Positions 38,238 through 51,163 of a DNA stretch of 64,000 nt are shown here, one piece after another; position 1 is the first letter of the stretch, and the number at the start of each line of letters is the position of its first letter. Location of the stretch: NCBI GenBank assembly GCA_051294905.1, contig CM119372.1, positions 38,938,001 to 39,002,000 of the forward strand, written 5' to 3'. The stretch is from Botryllus schlosseri (taxonomy: Eukaryota). The position numbers and the translations under genes were made by a program. The notes below the pieces were generated by a model. The model had not been told where the DNA came from. It saw only the letters and a program-made list of their open reading frames with translations, and searched no databases.

Positions 38238-39049
38238 GCTATAAGGCTGTAGGCAATATCAGCCTTTTCAACATTCCCACAACCCGCGCTACAGAGCAGT
38301 GATGTTTTTAAAAGAGAGTAGCCTATAGAATACAGATTACAGCCTTATCAAGACCTATAATTGCACCGTGAAAATTTCTAAAGCAGGTACAGTCCGTCGG
38401 TCGTATATAGCAATAACATGAGTTTACCAGCAGTTGCGCGTATTTCAGCGGCGAATATCATTTTGTACTTATTTGGGAGTTTACCTGCGGTAACAAGCGT
38501 GAATACTGACAAAGCGCACATGTTTCAACGCTGCATAGTCGCATACCTATGTCAGCAATTCCACCCAAACAAGTTCTAGATTGGAGATTGGTTTTACGTA
38601 CTGTTACTGCCACCTATCGTCCAACACCGAGAGGGGTCAGTAGAAAAAAAGGAAAGCCTGCTTGTTTCGACAAAAGCTCATACTTAGAGGTGATACGACT
38701 GTTGACAAAAAAGTTATTTTAAATATCTCTACTAATTGCTGCCGATTACCTCTGATGAGTGCAGCCAAAATTATTCAGGTTCCTTTCTATATGAATATAC
38801 TGTTCAATAGGCTTATTTGCAGGACTTCGATCACGTGACACGATACGCATAGCAACTAGAAATTGGTTAGCACGCTACTTTCTCGCGCAACTGCTTCATT
38901 GCTAAATATCGCATAGTCTACTGTTGATTTCTGGTTGTAAACGTTTCGGAAATTTGTTGTAGAAGTCATGAGAGATTTACCTATGCTAGATGTCAATCCT
39001 TTACAAAGCATTTAGAATGATATCGTCAGAAGTACGCAGAAATATAGCA

Positions 39050-41413
39050 CAGTGCTTTTCAACTTTTTTCAGCTCCATTCGCACTTTTTTTTGTTAAATG
39101 AAGTTCATTCGCACAAACTAATAGAAAATTGTTGTACAAGAATAAGATAAAGATACTGCATTATGTTTAGATGTGCAACAAATTGGCTACTAGCTTAAGC
39201 TTTCAAGTGTCTCATTGAAAAGGCAACATTTTTCGCTCGTTTTGCTTTCAACTATTTCACTAAAACCCTTCTCGGCCAAACAAAGTTGTTGGGTTTTGTA
39301 CAAAAACGTCTACTAGTGCTTGGATAGCCAGGTCTTAAAATCTGTTCCGCACGCCTATCCAAAATACAGCGTATTGTTCGCGAGTGAAAAATGCTTGTTG
39401 GCAGAAATCGTTTTTGAGAGCTGACACAAAGGTCCCGGAGGCCCAAAGTTGTCGGAAAGAGGAAAAACCCACAAGTTTGTGTTGAAGTTTTGCATTATGT
39501 CTGGAAGCATAAGTTGCAAAACGATCAAAGAGAGTGGGCACATTACAGCGCATTACCGTATGATACGTTGCTCCAACTTCTGTCGTGTTAGTTTATGAGA
39601 CGAGCAAGTAAACTCTCGATGCTGTGTGTTCTACTCTTTAGCTCAATCTAACTTGAAAATTCATTGCAGTTTAATAACGATAAAGCAGCTTTCAGACTAC
39701 CACTGAAATCTTAGTTTTTGTGGCATCTCGCGACCCGAGCCTCACCCATGAAAAGGAATTCATTTTTAATATTACAGTTGTATGGTACGATTTTACGGGC
39801 ATGTATGACATACAGAACGCGCATACCACAATTCTACCCAACACAGCTCGACAAAACATGTCTGACGCACGCGATTTCAAATCAGGGCGATATAAATTCC
39901 TCTGCGTGTCGCAGTTGTACTACAGTATACTCAGATTGCAATTTCGGGACTATTCCGTGCCGACAACGGAGCATATCTATCTAAAAGTTTAGCCATCCAG
40001 CATCGGTCATTTTTAGACCAAGGTTTTGTCGCCGCTTATGTTTATGGCACCGCATTTCATCAGCGGTTCGTTGGCCAAAACTTTACGTCTTCATGTGCTC
40101 CGACGCAGAAGGGGTTAGCCTCGAAATGAATGAGTCTCATAGACCTGAACTTGCTCGTTGCACACCCCTACAAAGTTCATCCCTCGCTATTGCAAATTTA
40201 TATTATCCAAGTACTAAGAAGAACATATCTCATGACCACAGTGATGTTGTTTGTTGTTTTGATTCATTCAATATGCTACAATAATATTACCACTGTGTAC
40301 ATGGGTCAAATTGTTATTTTCTGATCACACTGTTAACTATGGTAACCGTCCTTCACTAGTGTTGCTGTCTTTTATTTACTTTTGTTTATTTCGTTACTCT
40401 TTTCGGTGCTACTCGACTGAGAGAAGAAATTGATCCATATTATAATTAATACTGCCAATATGCTTGGGTGACTCCGGCCTAGAAGACTTCGGTCATATCG
40501 GGTCTCCCAGTCTATACCGTGTAAATTATAGTTGAGAAAACTTAAAAAATGTATACTATTGGACGTGAATGTTTGTGGACATTGCCTTTACTATATTTCA
40601 TGGTTGACGAATAAAAGAACTCTCTTTCTCTCTCTCTCTCTCAACGGTCTTCGACCATGTTTTCCAGAAAAAATCAGTCGGAAAAATCTTGAATCATGAA
40701 TTCTCATGATAAAGCCATATTTTCTGCGTGTTTCGCTACAGTAACCTTGGATATGGAAAAACTATCGGAGGAGTTTTTGCAATAAATTTAACGAATATTA
40801 CATAGATATTAACAGATAGCTCAGGCACCGTGTCTACCCAAAATTATACCCTTTGCGGTACCTACTTTATAATCCTTGAAGGGATCGAAATTTGCGTTAC
40901 AGTAACTTTCAAATGTGAGTCTGTAATGACGGAATTTACTACTATTCTCGTGCCTCGCGCTAATCGAACAGTTATTATTTCGGAAATATGATGATTGTTT
41001 AGTGAAAGAAAGCAGAAAGTCAATTTGACGTCATTTTTTCAGCCTGTTGCAGGCTCAGACGAGCTGATATATTGTATGTCTGCCACTACACCTGCTTCCA
41101 AACTAGGCTTTTGGTTACGTCATAGCTATAGTGCTAATATATTGATTCACTACGGCTTTTGAGAGCTACGATTAGGGGTACGTCGTAGAAAATTTTTACA
41201 ATTGCGTCGCAACTACAAAAGTTACACTGACCTTAAATTTCCTATTAGGCTCATTTGAATTATTCTACGTCAGAAAAATTAAAAATTAATCACGATTTTC
41301 ATTCGCCCTTGATTCGGATTTTCATTCGCACCATTCGCACCACCTTCGTCATTCGCACTGCAATTTTTTTCATTCGCACAAGTGCGAACCGTCACAGAGG
41401 TTGAAAAGCACTG
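39050..41413. mobile_element. Non-autonomous hAT (TIR CAGTGCTTTTCAAC, ATTCGCAC subterminal repeats), copy 1
   Basis: Colinear with 53096-56027; no matching TSD. Confidence 0.9.
40184..40642 (+). mobile_element. LINE 3' UTR fragment inserted in 39050-41413
   Basis: Absent from copy 2 (catccc|aacggtc); AATAAA plus (TC)n tail; hairpin motif like the one in 866-1352. Confidence 0.8.
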
Positions 41414-41695
41414 GCCTATTGTAAGGAGACGAGTTACTTTATTATTGTAACATTCGCAAATCCAAAAAATACAAATATAAACACAAAAATTTTCGCAACT
41501 GCTTCAGTGCCATTTTCTTTCATTTTGCGGCAGAAGAGGTGCTAAAATAGAAGGTGTCATAAAAAATTGCTCAATCGCCTATCATGAGATCTTACTCATG
41601 GGAAATGAGGATTGATACAGACATATGCGAAGACGAGCAATGCAATTATGCAAACCGTGTTTGATTCTGAAATCTTCAAATCCCTGCATTATTAC

Positions 41696-41864
41696 CTTTC
41701 GCAATTCCAAATGAGTGGTGAACCAGTTGTTTAGTTATGGTTGAAATTTTGAAATGAGCGTCGTTGTAGTTTATGACGGTGCACAAGAAAGTGGTGGCTA
41801 CAGCAATTGCGAATAACAGCTTCCATCCAGCGGGAAGAAGATTCCAGATCGGTGAGGTCATCAT
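41696..41864 (-). CDS. Candidate first coding exon of the B3GNT-like gene (MMTSPIWNLLPAGWKLLFAIAVATTFLCTVINYND...SFGIAK-G), possible type II signal anchor
   Basis: Acceptor tatctcag| just upstream of the ATG, a hydrophobic stretch, and donor AAAG|gtaat in phase 1 matching the 28840 acceptor (would give 424 aa). Alternative: decayed repeat/transposase sequence, since a diverged copy exists near 56.2 kb. Confidence 0.45.
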
Positions 41865-44800
41865 CGATCTGAGATATAAAATCGTAAGATGTAATTTTAG
41901 ATAAATTGTACACATTGGTATATAAGATTGCGGTCGAGTATTCTCGGATACAATGACATCGTTTCTACGTGGTAGCAAGTCAATAAATCAAATTTGTAGC
42001 TTTCATATTCATATTTCTTGATGTAGCTTTTTCAAGTAGGCTAAATGATATCAGTGCACTGTTCTTCATGACTTGTAGACTACATGAATAAACTGCCGAA
42101 TTTGTCACCTCTATGTCCAGGCTACCGGCTTTGTCACGTTCGGATTGAGATATATGAGCGGGATCGTGAGAGCAATGTTGAAAATGCAGACCACAATATG
42201 CATAATAGCGTAGTGTAGAGGTACTTGCGATGTCGTAACAACAATTAATGTGTAGCAAGATAGCGTGGTGGTATAATCCACAGCTGCAACACCAATGGGT
42301 TGCGGGTAAGAGACCGACTCCAGAATTGTTATACCTAAGTGTTGGAGAATTATCTGGGCTCCTCCTCGCCACATCATCCGTGTATACTGTAAGCGGTGTC
42401 TTAAAACAGCCTAGCAGTGGACCGTGCTACAAGTCAGCAGCTACGGAATCAAATTAACGAATATCGGCTTGGTGTCAATGAACAATTGAACATCGTAGTC
42501 GACAAATAACATGAATACCATAAACTACAACTAAGGTTAGTCTTGGTATATTTTTCGACAACACCTATTTCATTGCACTTTGTGGCAATGCTGTGGATTG
42601 TTCGTAACTTTGCGGATGTATCATTTTCACAAAAGTGCATATCTTTGTACTACATGTTTTTTATGCTGCGATGCGGCCACTTGGGGTTTCCTCCTCGCCA
42701 CGTGATCGGCGTACAGAGGTCTCTTATAAAAAGCCAAGAAGTGAGCCTTGCTACAAGTCGGTAAATACGGAATAAAAAGTAAAGAGTATTGACCTTGTGT
42801 AAAATGACTAATGTAGTCGAAACACCATGAATATCAATAAACAAACAAACTGATCGAGGTTTCAGGGCTTCCGCCGGGGAAAACCGTATCGAAACTATAC
42901 AATTTTCGTTAATAATTTATCTCATAGTGACAACAAACGCATGATTGCAGCACGGCTTTTGACTCAAATTTAGGCGGTGTCAAACCGTAATCCATAGAAG
43001 AACAGGCGGAGTGCTATACGTCTACGGTTCAGGAATGAAAATAATAATACCGGCCTAGTGTAAAATGGCCAAAGACCGCCGATGTCGACACACATCGAAT
43101 ACTAAATCAACAACAGCAGGCCGTCGGATTTAGAAAACGGCTCATCTGGTTTTCATTTGATTACCAATAAAGGGGATATGGACAGAATAATCCTGATCTG
43201 CAATTTGGCAAGCGAATCAGCTGATCACAGTGTTTCGATATCGTGTTACAGCGCGTGAATTTCACGAATTAACCACGCGCGAATTCAAAACAATTTGCGC
43301 AGAAGTGTGTTATGAGGCCGTGAAAGCTTTTTCATTGGAATAATCCCTAATACGACATAGATCGGTAGCCCGATGATCTGGACTCTGTGAAACGTAATAA
43401 ATGATCTGTGCGTACCATCAGACTTTGACGACCTTCCGAGTGCAAAGTGGTGATTTTAGATTAAATGAGCGCGCCAAATCCCGATTCCCTTTTGTCACAT
43501 AACATATCCAAGAGATCTTCAGTCGAACTGCATGCCAAGTGGATAACGGTATGTGACACCAGCCAGTAATATTTAGTTACGAGTTCTGCTGGAAGAAGAA
43601 TTCGTTAGTAATGACCACTTATATGCACTAAAATTGGGCCTGTAGGTGTATCCAGCTATATATAAAATACATAGGCCCCCCACGGTCGTCCTGCAAAGTT
43701 GCTATCATAATTGGATGGCTATCGGACAACTACATTCGCGACGTGCAAATTTTGCAATGTGCATTCATCACCTTGGCGTGTTATACATCAAGTAAGATGT
43801 TACGTCCATAACAACTTTAAGTTAATGGTGACCTTGTTTGTAATCGGTCATTACATTGACTAATCATATAAATTGCTTGTTGCATTAGCGCAATCTCATG
43901 CGCATGCATTGTTAATCTGGTGAGATGGGCGGCTTAAATGTTGATCGGGCTATCAACTAGCGAAACGTCTGTTGCATCAGGTGTCGCCAACTCTTGTTGC
44001 TCTACGAACCGGTTTTAAAAATCACATATTTTTCGCGGACCTGTCTTCATGAAGACAAATGTTGAACAAACGGCATTGACAATTTATTGTACTGCAGCTC
44101 TCTCACTGTGACTATATAAGATCGTTATTTTATGTGAGGTGCGAGCTGCGAAGTCGACAACGCGCGTGGGGATACGACGCAGCAGGAGATCTTGTCATTA
44201 CGCATTCAAATAAGTACGCGGTCGACCTCAGCATCATCTCACAAATCAAAATGAAATATCCAAGTCGGAAAGGCATTATAGTTACTGAATTGAACTAAAT
44301 CAGTGTTTCCAGACTTTTTCGCTGACGTTTTCTGGACAGCGGACAGAGTACGTTATCTTTTATCAGTTTTTCCTCCGGTGGCCCGCACCGCATTTACCAT
44401 TGTGTCGAAACGAATCGTAATACTACCGCGATTATTTCATACGCCAAAGTCGGAAGGAAATTACGACAGGTTTTTCACACTGGACTTTGACGACCATCAA
44501 CCATTTTTATCAACCATGGAATATGGTTGGCAACGCCGTGTTTCACAGAAATACCACTTTGATGAACATTTCTCACTTACTTAACAGATCATTTTTCTAC
44601 TCGCTATATCTAGCGTATCTGGAATTTCATCAAAATAAGAGGTGTCAAATGTAAGCCAGTGTTACAAGATCGACCCGGCAAGGTGGAGGAAGAAACGGTA
44701 TTTTAGGCTCCGAGCGTGAAAGTTGACCCTTTTTTTTTATTCAACCGATCACAAAGTGGGAAAAATTCACCGATTTTTCAGAATTCTCCGGTTTTGGAAG

Positions 44801-46203
44801 TCTCAATTTTCTGAAAAAGTGTCCTCTTTTTAGATTTCCAAAATATGGTAACCCAAAACAGTATGCTGCCGATCTTTGTCCGCATTGGTATCCCGCGAAC
44901 CCTACCACACAGCGCAATGATTTTACTTTGTTCAACGTTTTTAATCCATCTCAACGCAACGCAACGTTACCAAGGCCTATACCAGATAGGCTAACCTACT
45001 GCTCATCAAACACTCGCAACTGTGCGTCAAATACAGTAATAGGTCTGTTGAAGGCAGGAGACCGCGAGCCGTAAAAATCTGAGGTCATCCCAGGCAATAT
45101 GAGGTGACACAAGACGCTGATGTCAATTCATTTAAACATTCCGTCGATTTCTTTGCTTGCATCAGATTCAGGGTGACTAATCAATTGGAAATTGGCATCT
45201 GGGGAATGTAATTTGACCTTGATTTGCAATGATTGCAAGCGTAATTATGACTTTTGAGTTAGGCTCAGGTCGATTCGGCGTTCAGATAAGTGCTATAGTT
45301 GCTACTTACTAGGCTTAATAGGCCGGAGATTTCTTGCATGATCCGTATGCGTGAGGCTTTCGAGCTGCGACACTCATTACGATTATATGATATCGATCTC
45401 CCTGCCTGCTACAATCCATTTCAGAGGTCGCATTGTAGGCATACTGAAGTGGAAGGATTCGATTCTTTAATTAGTTTGACGGTCCACATAATCTATTTCT
45501 ATATCCCGATAATTCACATACGTCTCATGGTTTGCAGGAGTGTTAATATGTCAGTAACAAGTTAACTCTGCCAACTGGCGGTGCTGATTTGGATAAATCA
45601 AGTATTTAGATTAGCGTGCCGGGTGCGGTTAACGCGACTGCATTTTGACTGCAACAATGACGGAACATTTCGGATCCATTTTGACCTGTTGTACACATAT
45701 GATGTCACAAGATCCCCAACAGACCGATAACTGACCGTTATTTAGGCTAGATTTTTAGGAGTACTACGGCTGTGTTACTATATGTCCTCTTTTAGGAGGA
45801 CTTGTCCTCTTTATTCAAGAATTTAAAGTGTCCTCGGAGGACGTCTTATTGTCCACTTTCTTAGAATTTGTTCTCATTTTCAAGAAAAAGTGTTAAAATG
45901 CGATCAAGAACTGTACTCCGACGCTGCGAACTCCAGAGTTGAGAAGACAATCAACGTAAAATACGGCACGTCGGTATTTTGGGAGCAGAGATGGAAAATA
46001 TCGCCAGTTTTCTTTTCCGCTACTAGAGCAGTGGAGCTCTGAGAAATTTTGGAAAGCGTCCTTTTTTTTCGGATATCAAAATATGGTGAACCTGTGCTGG
46101 GATATGGGCATGTCCCATTCTTTAACCTAATACCTATGCCTGCATGACTGCATGTTTTTAAACGGCATGGATACGATGAGGGTAGCATGCCGTGACAGTT
46201 AGG

Positions 46204-46605
46204 TAGGGTTTCCATGTTTTGGAAATCTAAAAAGAGGACACTTTTTCAGAAATTTGAGACTTGCAAAACTAGAGAATAATTGTCAAACATCGGTGACTTT
46301 TTCCCACTTAATGATCAATTGACTAAAAAAAGGTCAACTTTCACGCTCAGAGCCCAAAATACCGTTTCTTCACCCACATTGCCGGGTGGTTGACAAAAAA
46401 AAGGTCAACTTTTCGCCCAGCCGGAGCGTCACTTCTGTGCTAATTTACAGCATATCACTCGCATTTTGCTCTAAATATGCCCTAAATTTTCAAAAAAGAG
46501 GACAAAATCTCAAAAAAGAAGACAAAAGGGCGTCCTCCGAGGACACTTTTAAAAAAGTCAAAAAAGAGGAGAAATCCTCTTAAAAGAGGACGTATGGTAA
46601 CCCTA
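46204..46605. mobile_element. hAT MITE, inverted relative of 32511-32967
   Basis: Perfect TSD cagttagg. Confidence 0.92.
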
Positions 46606-47796
46606 CAGTTAGGTAATATCGGGTTTCAATATTATAGCTTTCCTTGGCCCCATTTTACTTTCTACGTCCATCCCGAAGTATCATGAAACTTTGAAAGATT
46701 TTGATTGTTATTGACTAACATAGAATCCGTAAATTAATGCACTGAACCTCAACTCACATCGATGTCTGCTTAGCTCACCGGAGTAGGCCTACCTTGAAGT
46801 CAAGAAGATATGGATCCAGCTCGCTTGCCTGGTCTTAAAAGCAACGCGATGCTAATAAGATGGTGCGTGATGATCAAACGAATTTGACGATATCATATAC
46901 CTACTTATAAATCCGTTTATCAGCACATCGTGCTTAGCATGAAGAGTACACCCATGATAACTCTGTAGCCTGGTACTCAAACCCAATGGACTAAGCTGCA
47001 TGAATCGACCTGCAATTCCGATTGGAATGAATCAAATAACTGGCGCTGCCAACTTATGTTTCATTCAAAAGATAATTTAATTATATATGTCATTGTGAAG
47101 GGATACTAACCAATAATAATACCGTTTCTAAGTATACTACCCTACATACGATTCACCAGGTCATATTCTTGCTCACACGCTCGTGTCGCCAATGTTGCAG
47201 CTATCAATTCCATCAAGTTCTGCATAATTGACACTTGTCGCCCGTTGAGATGCACGAATACGGTCACTGAACGACACTCGTGGGATATATTAAACCCTCT
47301 CAGACCTCTTGTGAACCTCTCAAACCCGAAACTGAGGCATTTCTCGATCAATTGAAACAACGAGGCCGCCTACAGTTTGATTAAGTACGGGCTCGCCGAA
47401 TTTTTGTAATATTTAAGAGGAAAAGTATACACTATGCAGATTACGGAAGCCGAAGAAATGAAACTTACTCGGCTACAATATTGTAGTAAGCATATAGATG
47501 AACGTTAAGTCAATGATATGCGTCAAGGTCATGACATTATGCTTTATTATACTTGAATGATATCGTAGTGGTACTTCCCGCTGCAGCAACACCAGGCGGT
47601 TGCATATGCGAGTGCGACTGAGGAATACTCGGCGATCCCTCATAAGGGTTGTTGTAGGTAGGGACGGGGAAATTACTTCACCAATGTAATCGATTTAGAT
47701 TACGATTACCGCTGTATCACGCGATTACGATTACAATTACAGCACAATCATGAAGTATAGTCGATTATGATTACAAGTATCTGGAAAAGTAATGAC

Positions 47797-48198
47797 TAGT
47801 GCAAGTTTTTGCAACTTTTGCAACTTTTTTTTACAGCTACCGGCAGCTTCCTAAATACTCGTAAGATATGTAGAATGCTGTTTTAAGCTGTTTGAAGGAA
47901 TCTTATATTGCAACTTTTTGCAACTTTTGTCCATTTTTTCCATGGAACTTTTTGCAACTTTCTCGATTTTCCATGAAAGTATTTTCGATTTTGGTGAAAT
48001 ACACGGCCAAATTCGACTGAAACACCGTAAATCAGCACCGAAGTAACGCTTTTACGGGTATTTCGAGAGCTGAGCCGGAAACTTGACCTTTTTTTCGTCA
48101 ACCGAGCAAAATGTGGTCAAAGTGTGGTCAACTTTTCAACTTATTTCAAAAATAAATGCAACTTTCCACGGATTTAACTGCAACAAAAACTTGCCCTA
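47797..48198. mobile_element. hAT MITE with GCAACTTTT repeats inserted in a GATTAC-repeat element fragment starting ~47658
   Basis: TAG(T/G)GCAAGTTTTTG ends; TSD gtaatgac/gtaatcac (7/8). Confidence 0.8.
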
Positions 48199-50557
48199 GT
48201 AATCACGATTACTCACGATTACCTTTATTTTGCTTGTTAGTACTGGAGCCTCTGAACACTTGTTGGAACTTTGGAAGACAATATACCGATTGGGCTGAGA
48301 AGGCCTAACGGGAGAACAATCTTCTCTTTTAACGCGACATCATTAGTTCGCTGAGTCACAATATGTCAATTGCATAACTTTGTAGCTCTCGATTTCTCGC
48401 CATCCTGCGATGGCCATTCTAGCTACAATTCAGGCTAACCTGCTGTAGGATGGCTCTTATAGCCAAAGATTCAATTGTTGAATAAAGAATTGCAAAATAA
48501 CGATTGGTGCTCGTTTCAAGTTGGGCCGTATCAGAAAAAGCTAAAGTGAATATAAAATTCTGCCATAATGAAGGACGCTTCTCGCAGTGGAACTTACGGC
48601 GTACGGATTGCCCACAATCACTTCATTCATATTGCGATCTGCCGTACCAGTATCGGCAAATAACAGTTTTGTTATTTGTTATCAGCAATCATTGATTTAT
48701 AAATTATAATGCTTCTATGTAGAAATCGTCATGTTATATTTGACGAGTATAAAATTTCCAATCTTTGTCCGGTGGACATACTGTTTGCAAAGCAGCAACG
48801 TTCCAACTGCGTTAACTAAACATCATTAATTACGTTACTATTTGAAACTATAGGCAGAGTGGTGATTGTCCTCCTCCTCCTGGGTTCTGGGTAGTGGTGG
48901 TGTCGAACCGTATCGATAACCTGGCATGCCGGATGGCGGTCGGTATTTCATCTGGAGACCTCTAAATCGAATAGATATTTACTACGTGTGGATAATTCCT
49001 TATACAGTGACAAGGAAATCTCATACTTGTGATGTCATTTTGAGCAGTGGAGTTGAAAATTCGACGTTACCGCTATCAATAACCGGATATAATAATAACA
49101 ACTCACCAGGGTTGGGCAGGTACTCGGTTTTCAGTAGAGCGTTTGGTTGAATAAATTCTAGTCAAAGTTGTCATCGTTTACGATTTATTCGATTACTTCA
49201 AGCAACATAAAAACATACTTGACATTAGCTCCATTGTGGCTGCGTAAATCCAAGAATCAAATAGTATTTTGACGAATACTGTACTTGGTTACATGACTAA
49301 GCCCACTGTCTCCTCACTGTCCAGTACTGGGTTTTGCCCATGTAGCCCCATGATCAGAGCATTGGTCTTTAACAGGTGATCCATTATTCGATAGCCTACA
49401 CTTCATTGCTTGTTGTCGCTATACGTTTACGTGCTCAATATCCTAGATGCGTGTAACGTGCTTTAATGCTGAATCTCCGCGAAGTGAGTAGAAGCCATTA
49501 TGTTGATATTGTAATTGAGGGTTCGTCTGTGGTCTGCAGTCAATTGGGAATTTGTTTTCGCATCCCCAAAAGCTTTTCCTCCAATACGACTATGCTTTGA
49601 TGTGAGTTGTCGTTGATTGCGTCTGGTCGGTTTTATTGGTATTTTATTAAATCCACTAGAATCTATACAATCTATCTATCCAGAGAAGAACCGAGATGGA
49701 AGTAGCCATAGTCTTCTGTTAGCAAGTATAGATTACCGACAGGACGACGGAACGGCAACAGATGTCTTGCGCGAAGGCTAGGGCTACGCTGTAGGTGGCT
49801 TCAAATTGAGTATATGGTAAAATTATGTGGCGTACAGTGTACACTCTGAGGAAGAAGCGGTGTGTATTTACACCCAAAGGGGCGACAAGGGTGGTACATC
49901 AAAACAGAACTTAACTCAGAACTATCGCGGTCATAAATCCCACGTGCCTATACGTCTCTTGCTACGTTCCTGCAATGATATATATACAATGATTGGAAAC
50001 TCCAGTGAGCTCCGCGTTTGAGCGCGTCGCGAGTCATGCTTCACCAGCGGTATGAAATCGATGTAAACAAACGGTTCGCCAGCAATCTTTCTTCAGGAAC
50101 TAGCGTTAACGTAGTTAAAAAAGTTTTTTTATCGAGGCCTCTGTTGCAGGTGAAATGTGTGCATACTGTACAGGTTTTGGCCACTACCAGTAGCATGGCT
50201 TAATATTCAGACGAAACTGATGTACCAGTGTGCCTACGTGATGAACATTGTGATCGGAGGTGGTCTCGCAGCATCAAATAACGGTGGATACTTCATAGTA
50301 CGAGGTAGAGTTGGGATCACGTCACTATCTTCAAGTCATTGCAAATTTTTAATCAAGTCACGAAGTCATTTGTAAATTTTTCAAGTCAATTCAGGCAGGT
50401 TCTAAAACTGACTCTGAAGTCAGGCCTTCTGAAGTTGTGAAAGTAGGCAAAACCTACTTGAGGATATCGCAAAAAGCATCACGTTTTTGAAGTAATAATA
50501 GTCATTATTCCTTTGTTACGGAGATTCATCTTGTGATTCGAATGCTCCTATATACAA

Positions 50558-51163
50558 TAGGGTTGTTCAAAAAAAAACTTTTTTTTTTCAAATCTCACTC
50601 GCCTAATGACTAAATCGTCAGGTTGTCCAAGAAAACGATGCACACCAAATTTGACTCAATTCCAACCAGTAAAGGCCGTGAAATCTTGAATTGAAATTTT
50701 TAATTTATTATTAAAAATTTAAAAAAAAATCTCAAATTTTTCTGTCAACCCTATGAAATTGTTGAGCTGTCTTCAAAGACGATGCAAAACAAATTTGAGT
50801 CAATTCCGACTTGTAGAAGCGGAGTTATTCGAGTTTTTCGTTGATATTTATTGGATTATCCTTGATCCGGGGATTATCAACGAAAAACTCATATAGTTCC
50901 GCTTCTACTAGTCGGAATTGACTCAAATTTGTTTTCCATCGTCTTTGAAGACAGCTCAACAATTTAATGGGGTTGACAGAAAAATTTGAGATTTTTTTTT
51001 TTTAATTTTTATTAATAAATTAAAAATTTCAATTCAAGATTGCACGGCCTTTACTGGTTGGAATTGAGTCAAATTTGGTGTGCATCGTTTTCTTGGACAA
51101 CCTGACGATATAGTCATTAGGCGAGTGAGATTTGGAAAAAAAAGTTTTTTTTGAACAACCCTA
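50558..51163. mobile_element. 606-bp near-perfect foldback MITE
   Basis: Arms of about 285 bp with a short loop; TIR TAGGGTTGTTCAAAAA; perfect TSD atatacaa. Confidence 0.95.

Noticed and set aside
42490..42690. Similarity to 60030-60220 as an extension of the segmental duplication
   Set aside because: The 60-kb partner lies within a MITE-like element (~59882-60395), so an old repeat is the simpler explanation.
50558..51163. Tc1/mariner assignment based on flanking TA
   Set aside because: The TA belongs to the TIR; a perfect 8-bp TSD lies outside it.
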